Assembly (NCBI RefSeq): GCF_000181795.1
Contig: NW_003526941.1
Location: 1,123,844-1,177,241 of the forward strand
Source of the DNA: Trichinella spiralis
Taxonomy: Eukaryota
Direction of reading: 5' to 3'
Length of the DNA stretch: 53,398 nucleotides
Shown one piece after another: positions 12,498 to 32,650 of this stretch. Both the position numbers and the translations under genes were made by a program. The first letter of the stretch is position 1. Every line of letters begins with the position of its first letter. The notes beneath the pieces were generated by a model. It searched no databases, was not told the DNA's origin, and was given only the letters and a program-made list of their open reading frames with translations.

Positions 12498-13401
12498 ATG
12501 AAGAGGCCGTTTTCATCGTGTCTTGAAATATTTTTTACCATGTCAGGGTTGGCTGTGTGGATGTCGCCCATTTTAAGCGTGACTTTTCCCGCTCCCGGCC
12601 ACTGTGTGACCTGCTTCAACCACCGCACAAGGCCAGTCGGTAACCCGAACGGCAGCCCAGCGCATGCTAAAAAGCAGGAGCTGCATCTGCGTTGACCATT
12701 ACACACAAAACTGTGTGCAATGTTATTGTTGAACAGCAAAGTGACGTTTGCATTGTTGGGTATTCTGTGTTAATTTTGTGGAATAAATTTTATGAGAAAA
12801 ATTATTATTTATTGTAATTATAGGATGCATGGTTTGCCAGATATTTTCGGCACATCTGAACAAAGGTGAACGAGCATATTTGAAAAATATCCCCAGAATT
12901 TCGTACAAATCAGAAGTCGACATGGCTGAAGAATTTATTAGCAACGAGCATCAATTACAAAAACCACAAAAGGTGATGATCAACAGCATCGTTTCAACTG
13001 CTGCAATTTCTCAGAAAGGTTCGTCTTTTTTTGGAATCGAATAAGGTTCACCACTTATATATACACAGGTTGTGTGATGTGAATTTAATAACAAAAGTTA
13101 ATCGTAGATTTTCATCTGCTATTGAAAGGCTAATTACAATTATGCTACTATGGGTCACACTTCAATGAGATTTTATTTCATTTCAAACTATTCAATAGAT
13201 GAGAAAAACGAAGATTTTAAAGAAATTAACGGCAAGGACGAAGCCGAAGCATCCGGCGACGGTCTCATTGATCTTCCAACTATCATCCCGACAACCTCAA
13301 TGGAAACAGTTTCCGTTGAACCGTCAAACGATGACGATATCACCATGGTAAATCTTACCCAGGCTGAGATGCACAAAAAAACTGAAGAAAAAAACAACTG
13401 A
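12498..13401 (+). CDS. Orphan ~180-aa, probably secreted, protein with a CxxC-x10-CxxC motif and acidic Thr-rich tail (exons 12498-12639, 12824-13018, 13199-13401)
   Basis: Three ORF-track fragments join through two phase-1 introns (G|gtaacc...tatag|GA and G|gttcgt...aatag|AT), giving MKRPFSSCLEIFFTMSGLAVWMSPILSVTFPAPGHCVTCFNHRTRPVGCMVCQIFS...EAEASGDG...KKTEEKNN*. Confidence 0.55.
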
Positions 13402-13659
13402 TCCAACGGATGGATGGGATGTACAGACAGACGGATCGATACACAGTTAAATATATACATATATATGGATAGATAGATAGATGCATTGTTCTGTGAGAGA
13501 AGCATCTTCCATTTATTGTTGTTGTTATTTTCTTGTATACAATTCAAATTTCTCTTTTAAAAACTGATGTTGTTCATTGTTTAAGTAGAAATTAAACAAA
13601 GAAATATCAACAATAGCAGAACAATTTAAAAATTCGCTTCACAGTCAGCGATCTACGAG

Positions 13660-15195
13660 CTAGGACAATTTCCGCTTGAAGTTGTTGTTCTCCACCAGAC
13701 TGTTGTCGACGGACATTTCAACCAATTGAGCACAACTCTTTGGAAACCAACCACGCCGAATGTTATGGCAATTGCATTCGTCTCCGCAATTGGTTAGCAT
13801 CAAAATACCGTACATCCAATGACTGCTCCATCTAGAAACAAGCACCCGTTCGCCAACAGCCACCGGAAGTCTAAATTCGTGAAGAAGCCACGGCTGCAAT
13901 GCACAAGTGGAAAATCCATGCTTGAAAGCCCATACACGACCGTTGTAAGCACGGACGATTTCGTATTCTTCGGAAAAGTTCTTCTTCTGCCTCTTCTGTT
14001 CAAGTTGCTCAATCTGAAAAAACAACACTGATCATCAACCAATGGTGATCATCACTGGAACCTTGAAAATTATTAATACCGTCAAGTCGTACTGACTGCT
14101 TCCACATTTCACTGGATAACAAATGCCATCTCCAGACGGTCTCCAAAGTTCACGAAAGTTCGCCTTCCAACCAAGGTCGTATGGATATACGAATTCATCT
14201 GAGCGCTTTCTCAAATTTGCCTGCATGTGAAATGTAGAGACAATTTCAGAAATAATACTGAATTATTATTACTATTTTTAGTTACCTTTTCACAGATGTA
14301 CACTTCAATACCGGTACGATTGCGGAGGATGAGTTTCAGATGACAAATGAACAACAGTCCAACTGCGATGAGCACTCCAAGTGTCAAGGCGATGCTGAAG
14401 CACATGAACAACAGCAATGATATATTAAGATGCTGTCTTTTCGGATTGTAGTACACTGAATACCAGTTCTGAACCAAATAGAATTTAGTTTTTTTTTAAA
14501 AAAAAGCAAACTGAATGAATGAGAATCATCAAATGTTGAAACATACGCTGAACATAAATTTATATATACAGCATCCTTGAATAATGGTCGCGTGAAGGCA
14601 ACTGATAACAATCCAAAACAGAAACATGAAGAAAAAGCGATGATTTAAGAAGCCGCAACAGTTATTTATCCAAGGGCAGTGGTGGTCCATTTTCAACACA
14701 CATCTGTTCAACAAATAACAACTTGTGTGCGTAAGTACGGCTAGGAGGAAATCAGATGATCTGTTACCGATTGCATTTACGGCAGTGATGCGATCGAGGT
14801 GCTTTGTAACCTTTACACAATTTACAATATTGCAAGTATTTTTTGTCACCGTGATTCATCTAAAAATCAGTATATGCAATTGATAATCTACTTTCAGGAT
14901 TATGAAACGAACAAGGTATGATTTCATTTGTTATTACCGGTGCCCAACCTTTTCGAAGAAAACCCGGACCAAAGTATGTGGCGCAAAAGAAGTTGCTCAA
15001 CACCATCATGCTGCACCACGTGAAAAAGGAAACATTGAGCCAAGCAAAAAAGCCATCGGTTAATGGCCACCAAGTGATGGCAGAAAAAATTGTCACAATA
15101 CTTATGTAAGATATAAGTGCCAAGCTGGCGATAGGTCCGAAATGAAATAAACGTTTGCCAAAGTCGAACAGATCAAATTTTGGCAACGCTTCCAT
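13660..15195 (-). CDS. ZDHHC6: Palmitoyltransferase ZDHHC6 (DHHC-CRD plus C-terminal SH3-like domain), multi-exon
   Basis: KRLFHFGP N-terminus, GPGF, CKLCKGYKAPRSHHCRKCNR/CVLKMDHHCPWINNCCG, NRTGIE, FVYPYDLGWKAN, and the SH3-like tail HWMYG...RGWFPKSC characteristic of ZDHHC6. Confidence 0.93.
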
Positions 15196-17382
15196 TTTAC
15201 AATTTGCACTTTGAACTCTAAAAATGCTTTTCAGTCTGAATTTTCATCACTGGCAGTTTCCAGAAATTGAATGAAGAACAAACAGTATTGAAAAGACTTG
15301 GTGAAATTTTCACTTGGACAATGTGGAAGTGAATTTACAAAATTTGGAAAGAAAACTAAAGCAAAAGTAACATACAATACAATTCCAATCGTACCTGATC
15401 AAGAATTACTATCATGAATCATCAGCTGAAGTATTCACGTTAAAGTGGGTTCAGTCAGTTCATTTCTTCTTATCAAAATCACAAGCACTGTCAACACTAA
15501 TGGATTTCTAACAGCGACAAAAAATCAAGACAACACTGAAAATCGTGGAGGCATAAAATACTTACAAAAATTTTTTTTTAGTAACTGGCTGAAACAGAAC
15601 AGTAATTCCAGCGCCTGTAACAGACAGTGTGAAACTATTTTATAAAAACGACGATGGCGTTTTCGAGTAATCTACTGTTACAGTAAGCAAATTATGTTAT
15701 TGCAGGTTTCATTGTGAATTGTGTGCATTTTTTGATAAAATAATTTACAAATTGTAATATTTAATAATTCACTTGATTTAATATTCTTCTAAATATTTTT
15801 TTAAATTTATTTTATTAATAACAAACTCTTCCTATTAACGATTTTGAAAATGAAGTTTTCAATAAAGCAAACTGCATATAAAATGAATAAAACTTCACAA
15901 AATTAAAAAATAGTAGTAGTAATGTTGTAATTGTTTAAAGTTAAAGTTTATTTCATAGAAATGCTGCTAATTTTTCTCTGTGTGTGAGCTTTTTTTTTCA
16001 AATTTAATCACAGTTGTTTAATTTGATTTCCTGCGCAGATTAAACTGTCATTTAAAATTTTTTCGCATTTTCCCATCAGTGATTTGTTTTATTGATTTCA
16101 AAACACTGCTACTCTCGAATGTTTACTTTCATTGTTCATGCAAATCGTGTAATGTGATTCAGTGCTTTGAAATTTTGAATTCAGTTTCCTATTATCAGCG
16201 TCAATCATCGATCGCTTTATAATTAGTAAATTGAAAGATCATTCAATTTGAATGATTATTTATTCGAACAATGGGATAATTTTTCCCTTTTGAAATGAAT
16301 ACAGCATTGCACTTCTGTTTATGTTTAAAACAGGCATGATTAATCAATGAAATCAATGGTTATTAAATTTATTTCAAAAAATTTCATTCGTGTAACTTTG
16401 CGAAATCTTTGATGTATTTGTAAGTTTGTTCAAAGCTTGTTCATATTCAGTATTATGTCACAAGGTAGTAAATAAAGTGTGGCAGTTATCAGTAAATCCT
16501 TTAACAAGTATTAACATTATGGTTAGTAATTGAATATGCTCGTAATAATTTCATAATTACTTCATACTGAGTGATTATTTTTTAAGGAATAATAAATGTG
16601 CCAAGAAAACAGTGATGCTTTTATTCATTCAGCGTATATCCTGATCTTATTTATTATTAAAATTTTTATAGGTTAAGATTTATTTATTATTAAATGATGT
16701 TTTTACGGAGAATGATTAAGTGGTTGAAAATCGATTTTTGAATTTCTATAGCAATGAAGATAATCGTGCTGACTGGATGTTTGCTCGTTGCTATGCAAAA
16801 TTACCTTTACATGTACGTTTGTATTATTTGGTTGATGAAATTTTCATTTTCATGATTGTTTAAACGGTTTGCATGAAATGAAATCCAATTAATAATCATT
16901 TCATTGGCAATTTCTGTTTGATTTAGTCTTCAGCTGTAAACTACTCCGTCATCTGTTATGATTTGAATTACTACCTTCAAATCATAACCACTGATAATTA
17001 TGGCAAGCATTATGGTGTTTAAAATTAAAAGTCACATAATTCTAAATTAAATAGTCCTGACAAAAAAATTTACAAGCTATCCCCGTTCTGTTAGCTATGT
17101 TTAAAGAAGCTGTAATTTGTCGGGTATGGTGATTTTAGCATCTATTCGCACGAAGTTTTGTTCTTTTCATTTCACTAATAGCACTGTTTGTTACAACTGT
17201 TGCCACTGATGACGTTTATGAAAAATTTCAGTTTCCTATTAGAATTTTAAAGCGGAATTTTTAAATTTATTATTGCACAATTAATGATGCGAAATTATTT
17301 TTTCGAGTTATTTACTTTACAAATTTCAACTTTTCAATTTTCAAAATACATCATTTCTAAAAGTAACATCCAGCGACAATTG

Positions 17383-17832
17383 TTACGTAGTAAGCATTGC
17401 TATCAGTGCCTTTTTCACATCGCCTTGGTACTTCCTGAGCGTTTTTTCAGCTGTACACTTTGTCAATTCCATTTCGTTTATCTGAAAAAATATTATCAAA
17501 CAGCAATTACATTTCAAATAAATAAACTTAAAATACCAATAATTCTACATCTTCTTTTTTGATTACAATTGTAGTGCCTTCACCTGGCTCGTTTAATTTA
17601 GTTTTGCTCGTATCCAAAATGTTAGTAACAGCCTAGTAGATAAATAAATAACTGAGTTTATACATGTTTGCTTATAATGTATGCAAAATAATACCGATTG
17701 AGTAATTTGTGATGGAATTTCTTTCTCCTCTTCATAATCGGTCACCTTTTGTAAATCAGCTGCACCGCTATCATATTTATGCACTTGTGCTTTCTTAGGT
17801 TGATTGTACTTCTCACCGTCGTCTTCATCCAT
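17383..17832 (-). CDS. HYPK: Huntingtin-interacting protein K (exons 17832-17695, 17632-17537, 17481-17383)
   Basis: KYDSGAADLQKVTDYEEEKEI motif and UBA-like C-terminus IKKEDVELLINEMELTKCTAEKTLRKYQGDVKKALIAML. Both introns are phase 0. Confidence 0.92.
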
Positions 17833-19030
17833 GACGATTGATTCAAGTGATTCTGCTTTTTTTTACTTTAAAATCAGTGTTTACATAAACTTCAGATTGT
17901 AAAAGAACTATTCTACTTGTTTTGAATGTTGAAACTAACTTAATTTCCTTCATTAGCAAATTTCTTATACTTTTATGACACTGAACCAAATAATTATGTC
18001 GCCATTAAAAAACATTTTAAGCTCATTATAACTCGCTGAAAACATTACATTAGAAAAAATTTAAGTTAACTACATAGACGTAAAAATAATTTCAAAATAT
18101 TCAGTGTGTAAATGAGTGCTCAGTGTCAGTACTCAATTATTCTATTGCCAACTAGTTAGCTTCTCAGGATAAATAAAATGATTAATTGCAATAACAATTT
18201 CAGAACCCTGTGGTTCTACTTCCATTTATACTTTAACTATATTTTAAATTAAATTCTAAATTCTTTTTTCCAAATGGAGTCCCAAAGCAAACCAGCCATC
18301 GAATAAATTTAAATAGCTTCATCTGCTAGCACAAAAAAATGATTACATGCTTATTTAAAAGAATTCATTCAATTAAACTCTTACTTGATAATCAAAAAAA
18401 TCAACACAATGTCAGCGGCGTTAAAGTTTGTGAATTTTCATAAAGCATATGCAGCCACCGTATCTACAGAATGAAGGTACTTGCATTATATTAAATGAAC
18501 TTAACTTTTTTTGCTTAAAAATATTTTACTACATTATACTTTGTTAAAGTTGTTGCTGTTCATTTTCCATTCTACTAGTCATAAGAGGAAGATTTATTAA
18601 CATACTAATAGACATTTCAAAAAATGGTGAAATAATTTTAATTGCATGTATTATTTTAGTGAATTATTTAAAATTATACAACATATAAAGATGAATTATG
18701 CTGCTCAATTTTAAAATAGTAGCACTAGCATATTACAAATAAATAGTTTGGCATGTTTAGATAGAATAATTCAAACTTGAAATTCAGTTTTTATTTATCG
18801 TAAGGCAAAGTACATGTACTGTAAGACAAAGAAAGTTCTTGTTTGTCAGTTGCATGTGCGTTTTTCGTTCCGTTCTCTTTCTCGTTACATGCATCTAAAT
18901 TTAAGTTGAAATAAACAATTGGTAATTCGAATTTACATATTACTGTGTTTCTTTTGAATTGAATTTTTTTGCATTTATCGTCAGTCAGATGAAAATTATT
19001 AGTATTTGATTTCTGCTTTAGGATAGTAGA

Positions 19031-26169
<7,139 letters not shown>

Positions 26170-26172
26170 GCT

Positions 26173-26227
26173 GCTTGTTGACGTTTTTGGCGCTTTTCTG
26201 AAGTGCTAAATATATCGTTCAACAAGC
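26173..26227 (+). other. Stable stem-loop just downstream of the Sec/Gly/stop codons (SRE-like candidate)
   Basis: GCUUGUUG-ACG pairs with CGU-U-CAACAAGC. An inner 10-bp stem UUUGGCGCUU/AAGUGCUAAA (two G-U pairs) closes a 5-nt loop. Confidence 0.6.
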
Positions 26228-26248
26228 GCGATATTGATAATTATTTTA

Positions 26249-26317
26249 AGATGTGAGCTGTGACAAACATTGCATAAACCATTTCTATGCGTGGCAATGT
26301 TTCGATGAAACACATCT
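26249..26317 (+). promoter_or_regulatory. SECIS element (GUGA-AA-GA type) in the TrxR 3' UTR
   Basis: Helix I AGAUGUG (26249-55) / CACAUCU (26311-17). Core G-UGAC (26260-64) / CGAU (26303-06). Helix II AAACAUUGC (26265-73) / GCAAUGUUU (26294-302). Apical AAA (26276-78). It lies about 85 nt after the in-frame UGA. Confidence 0.93.
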
Positions 26318-29300
26318 CTTTTATTTTTTTTTCATTTCTGATTTTTGATGATTGTTTTAGCTTTTTCTCTAACTTTTGACTTACTCATCATTCGTGTTTT
26401 TGCTTTTTCTGTAATTTTTGACTTACTCATCATTTGTATCATTCAGTAACTTTTCATATCGTTTGGCAGTTAGTTGGTTCTGATTTTCGACTTTTGGCTT
26501 CGAATTACAATATATCATTCATTTCAGAAAAATTAACATTAAGTAATAATTCGTGAAAGATGAAACATTTCATAATGTTAATGTATTATTGGTACAGTTG
26601 TGAATAAATTTGATTTCTTTATTGTCTAAATTTTGCTTACAGAGAAATATAAGTTAACGAATGAAATCATTGCATACCGTCAACTTGACACCAAATTGTG
26701 CACGTGTGCATATAAACTGGAGAACGAAAATTTTAAATAATTTTCAAAATGTCTATAGAACAAAACTTTTGAATTTAAATTGAAATGCCGCAATTTTACG
26801 AAAAGATTATGCAATGAAAATCGACAAACTTTCTTTTATTTGACTAACTTTATACTGTAGTGCGATAAAGATGAGCAAGTTTCAATAGTGAAGTTATCAT
26901 TTTCTCTAAAAAATACGTACACAGATTGAATTAATAATCACTATTTATTTGTTCACTGACATACACCAGCAGATTGAATATTCAAAATTAAACACAAACG
27001 TGAGCATGCACATTCATTCATTAATTATTTTCTTCAATATTCCACAAACTTTAACAACAAATGCTATGTTCCCCAAGTAGAATGCAAGTCGCACATGCGC
27101 ATGAAATGCATACTATAAAAGCTGACCTATTAAAAATTTGAACTTTATGAATTACACAATAAGAACCGTGTAATATTATGGTAGATTTTTTTCACTTATA
27201 TTTTCTTTTTTATTTTTGATTAATCATCTCATTATTTTGAAAAACATGAAAGCCATTGCTTTAATTTAATTGTTAAATTGTAATTTCAGCAAAAAAATTT
27301 ATATAATTATGAATTTTATGTTGAAGTACTTTTGAACAGTGCACTGTATTAATTGCTCTTGATAATCTAATCGTATCTACAAAAAGTAGTTTTTACTCAT
27401 AAATTTAACTGGCGGAATGTGTTTGCGCCACATTTGAAACAGTCTTATTTTATATCATTTGCAGTTTGAAGTTTCAATTATATTTTCTGACCAGTAAAGG
27501 TAAGTTACAGTTTTTTATTTTTTTGATAAATTCATGCATTTCTTTGTTTATTGGAAGCAGTCGATTCTGAGCATGAATGAAGGGAATTTTTCACACTGAG
27601 TCTGTAGATAAATAGTAGGAAAGAGATCTTGAAGTTTGTTTTACATCTGCAGACTCGTTTTAGTTTTTCTACGTCATTATTCAAGCTACTTATTACTTAC
27701 TAATAATTATGAAGAAATTAGCATTATTATCCAAAGCGTTACGTTACAGTTAAATTATTATTATTATTATTATTGCAAATTTTGCTTATGTTTCAATGTA
27801 CAAAATATTTTGAAAATGCAATATCGATGCATGTTGATTGTAATGGAATAAGATGATAATGATAAGCGAGTTTTCAGTTGAAATCTTTTTCGGAATTTAT
27901 TTTTTGATCGTTGTTTTTATATTGATCATATAGGATATAATTGTTTTTATCTCTTTTAAATAATAAATTAAAATGAATCAATTTATTTAATGCAACGCTA
28001 GAAGCGTTTGATACATGCATACTTGTATCGTATGATCGTTTATTGTCATATCTGCAAATGTAAATGTTCACATCTTTCGTATGTAAATTTATAGTATTAA
28101 TCTTGTTTTTCTTTTGTGTTATAAGTATGTAATTAATAATTTCAATGATTTTTTTGAAGAAAGTATTTTTTGCATGTGATCTGATGAAAGAATATATACA
28201 TTTTTCCACGTGTAACAATTGTTACATTCATTGAATTGACTATACTTCAAGAATTGTACTGGTCTATTTTTAACGATTTGATTTTCACGTTCGACGTTCG
28301 AACAGTAAGACGAGTTAGTTTTGTATTAAAAAATGGATGAAATTGTTGCTGGGAAAGTTTTAAAGTTCCAAATGAAATTTTCAAACTAATTTCGCTTTCA
28401 CATCGATCCTTTTTCACAGCACCAAACAAGGAAGATACCATTTGTGCACGCATTGTTGCGGTGTTGCTGATAATTTTTTGTTGTTGAGAGTGAAATTTTG
28501 AGATTTTTGTAATTTTTTTGCTTGTAATTGAAGAAAAAAGTTTTTTATTCTACTCGTTGAAAGCTGCGATTGCTGGTCGACTGTCCAAAGTACGGTGCGC
28601 ACAGTTTAGATGAGTTTTTATCACATTTGACCAAGCTCAGCAGCAATTGGTTTTGTGGGTGAAAATGAGAAATATTCAAATTCAATCAAATTATCCATCA
28701 ATTTGTATATTGTTTTTTTCTTACCATTTTCTGTCGTCACTGGTGAATTTATAGTGGGTAAATGGGAATATTGCAAGGTCATTATTTTCGACTATCATCT
28801 GCAGTTAATTTTACGCATGGACGATGAAAATATTAGCAACATGGAAGTTGGGTGTTTTGAAGATTTGAAATTTCACAATGAGCCCCACTAATGAGTGGAA
28901 TGCATGGATAAAATTGACCAGTTGTTATTCATCACAGTATATATATGTGTAGGCTTTTCATATTGTGGATCTATTCCACTTAGCACTTGTCAAAAAAATA
29001 ATATTTTAATTTTTTAAATTATTACATTAAATTTTTGCAACAAACAAAAGTGAAATCAATAAAAATCGAATCAAATGCAGTTGAATTGAATAAGATAAAT
29101 TGGAAAAGTTTTGTTGCTGAAAATAGAGAGCTTAAAATTTCCATCGATTTGATCAGTTTTCAAAAAAAAAATTTCACGCGTGATGTGTGTGGTTTTATAT
29201 TTTTGAAGACAAAAAAAGGGTTTTCAGTTGCGTAGTGTTGCACAATGGTTGAAAGCACGAAATTGGAATTGAAAGAAGCAACGATGAGAAAATTCTGGTA

Positions 29301-30138
29301 AAAGCAATTTTCATGTTGAACCGAAGAAAAAATTTCACGCAACCAGTTAAAAGAGCAGCATGTTTGACGTGCAAATATTCCAATGATTAGATGTATAAAA
29401 TTATTTTCAATTTTTGTTTACACAATAAGCGACGAGATTGAATTTTATTATTATTATTATTACTTGTTTTGATACTGTATGCTTGTTGATTTTTGAAATT
29501 ATTATTTTTTTCCAATTTTTCTTCGTTGCATCACTGAACACATGAAAGGGAAAACATTTGGCGTTGTTGCTTTGTTGTTGTCCGAAGAGACCAACAAGCA
29601 AACAACAACAACAACAAAGAATGCGCGTTAGCTAAAGTGTAATTTTAATATTGTGAGAGGTAAAGCTAAGAGGGGCAGCAACCATGTGGAAGATTTCCAT
29701 CTCTGTTGTTGTTGCATATTATTATTGGGCGTGTTTATGGCACATGACTTGACAACAGTAATTGTGAAAAGAGGATAAAAAAGAAGCAATTTATATTTTT
29801 TCTTTATGGTTATCTTTTTTTCTGTTTTGCTGTTGCTTTTCAATTTTTCTTTATTCTTGTTATCTTTTTTTTCATTCTACTACGACCTGCATGGAGCAGC
29901 AGCAGCAGCAGCAGCAGCATTAGTTAGTGCATAGTAGAATTTATTTGCGCTGTATAATATTTGAATTATGCATGACGAACGGTTGAAAATTTATGTAACC
30001 ATGTTGACTTTGTCAGGTTGGACAGGCGTGGGAATGGACGCGACGATCAATTTCCATTGTTCACTCTTTGTCGCTTTGCTTTGATGATAAACGATCCAAG
30101 TTGCTTTTCTTCCTTCTCAACATCCACGCACAGCTAGA

Positions 30139-30153
30139 ATGAAAAAGCTTTCG
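30139..30153 (+). CDS. Candidate distal alternative first coding exon of CSL (MKKLS)
   Basis: ATG AAA AAG CTT TCG followed by a perfect gtaagt donor, phase 0, compatible with the acceptor at 34854. It lies about 105 bp downstream of a CGTGGGAA site. Confidence 0.4.
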
Positions 30154-31304
30154 GTAAGTGATTCACTTCTTTTTTCTTTCTCACTCTCTCTTTTGTTCTC
30201 TTTAATTCTTATCCCCTTATCCATTCCCCCCTCCCACCCCTCACCTCATGCCCTCGAGTTGCTGATCATTGATCTTACCAATATCAGCAATTGGGTTGTC
30301 TTTTCCAATGCCATGCGCTTGTCACGGTGTTTGTGAATCGAAGCTAATCTGTAGTATATCGTATACTATCGTATAGTATAGTACAGTATACGTAGGGGGC
30401 GAATTTTGCTTTTGGCTTAAATTTTGAAATCAAGCTTCTCTCTCAACATTTGAACAACAAACAGCGTTTTCTTTTTTTTTGTTGTTTGAAAGCAAAAGCA
30501 AAAGTGGTTTATCAACACTAATTGATGCTAGTGTTGCTATTCTTTTTCTTTTTTTTCTTGAAAAAATATTCAATCATCCTCTTCAAATTTTCGTAATAAA
30601 TTGAGCAATTCAAAATACATAAAAAACATCAGTATTATTTATTTATTTATTTATTTATTTCATTTTCCTTGTGCATTATTGCTTGTGAACTGGCATCCAT
30701 TTGCTTTGTTCATCTGTTTGTCAAACGCTGTCATCTATTGCAGTGGGATTGCAATTATATTTAGATAATATTGATGTTGCAATTTTACAAGGAAAAGGAA
30801 ATTTCTTTTTAATTTAATTCATAATCTGTTGTTTTAATATAATATTTACTCTTTTTCATGGAAATTTCATTTGCAATTTTCCTCTTTTGCTGTTGCTCTG
30901 TTTTCACAGCTTATTACATTTTATGAACACTGTTTGGATATTGTAGAGCACGGCATGAACAAATCTGTCCATCGGTTTTTTCTAACATTTAAACATTTTA
31001 AAATCAATATACCGTATTCTTGTTTGCTGTTTAGCTTGTTTGCATTTTTTGTAATAGCAATGTACAGTGATATATTTTACCTGTCGTATTCTTTTCATTA
31101 GTTTCCCTGTATCTTCAGCATCGTCATTATCTATTTGTGCATTTATTTATTTATTTATTTATTTATTAAGAATGGAAAGAAATTCACATATAGATGTGAT
31201 GATGAAGCAACTGGCCAGAGGGTGTCGTTGTCATTTGTGTGTCTCTTTTAATTTTTCTTTTACTACTTTTCTTTGATATCAGTTATGAGTAGCAGTACTG
31301 GTAA

Positions 31305-31338
<34 letters not shown>

Positions 31339-32327
31339 TGCAGTAATACGAAACAAAAAGTAAGCATTGTTTGTAATTTTTGGTTGGAATATGGTAAAAA
31401 TTTGAATTTTGATCAAGTATCTGTGTCATGTTATGTATGTTTCATTTTCAATTTCCACGCACCATTTGCACCAGGCATGTTGTTCACAGGAAGGAATGCC
31501 GTTGGTGCAAAAGTTATCATCCACAATTTCATCCCTTAACTAGTAATCAGTGTACTTGCTGCTCTTGTACACTTGATGAAAGCTGTCAATATAACAATGA
31601 TGATAATCACATTGACAAATTGTGAAAATTAAATTTTTCTAATCTACATTATTATATATATATATATGTAAGCTGCTTAGTCTTTTCATAAAAGGTTGTT
31701 GCACCATGTAGTTTGTTGTTATTAATTAATAAATTGAAACAAACAAAAACTTGCATCTTTCCCATTTTTGAACTGCTAAAATAGTGTTGTAATTATTAAT
31801 TTGCTTTTTCTTCTGAAATGCCGTTTTGTTGAACGTAGAAAGATGAGAGGTTTGCAGGCAGGCAGAAAGAAGATGATTCCATTTTTGAATTTTCTTCTTT
31901 TCTTTTTCAACAGGAATTATTTATTTCTGCATAATAATAATAATATATATTGAATTGATGGTACTTATTTTTTATTTAACAAGCTGAATTGCTTGCTGTT
32001 ACGCTTTTTCAAGGCGAGAATCAAGGAATGGTTTTCATGTAAATTTGTTGTCTGCTCCAATCAAATCAGTACGGTAAACAGAGACGACCGTTATTATTAA
32101 TTGTTGAATAATTTTCTTTTTCCTTTTGATAATATGCTGCTAAAAGAATTTGCAAGCAGATAAAAAAATTTTATATTTCACGTTGCTTTTCCAATTGCTC
32201 TTTTTTTTTCTCATTTAGTTACTTTTCATTGTCTCGCAAAAGCCATTAGCCGTGGCGAGTTGTTGTTCAATGTTTTTCTTATTTATTATTATAATTATTA
32301 TTATTTCATCCATTAAATTGAGCTTTT

Positions 32328-32650
32328 TTCCCACTACAGCTTTGATGAATGTTACAAGCGTTTTAAATTTTGAAATCAAACTTGCTACACATTGAGAAAC
32401 GTGTTATTCAACATTTTCTAATTAGTTCCAATTGATTTAAACCTTTCTAAAATGATGTATTATTTGTTTGTTTGTTTGTTTATATTTTTTAAAATTGCTT
32501 CTGTTTTATTTTTTCTCAGTGGGAAGTTCGGGTTGGTCTGTGAAACGCGTTTCAAATTGGCGATTATGTTGATTGCTTGCTTGCCTTTCTCACGACTTTC
32601 GTCCCACTTTGTGCCGACACTACTTGTCAAACGGGTTGAAAGCGTGGGAA
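32328..32650. promoter_or_regulatory. Cluster of CSL (LAG-1/Su(H)) binding sites upstream of the CSL gene
   Basis: TTCCCAC 32328-34, GTGGGAA 32519-25, TTCTCACG 32587-94 and CGTGGGAA 32643-50. Further sites at 30027, 33918 and 36614. Confidence 0.65.

Noticed and set aside
12693..12740. In-frame TGA in ORF 12489-12695 followed by an open frame (a second selenoprotein?)
   Set aside because: It falls inside the predicted intron 12640-12823, and I saw no SECIS downstream.
30027..30058. Possible Su(H) paired site (CGTGGGAA-N16-TTTCCAT)
   Set aside because: The second half-site is too degenerate to call without conservation data.
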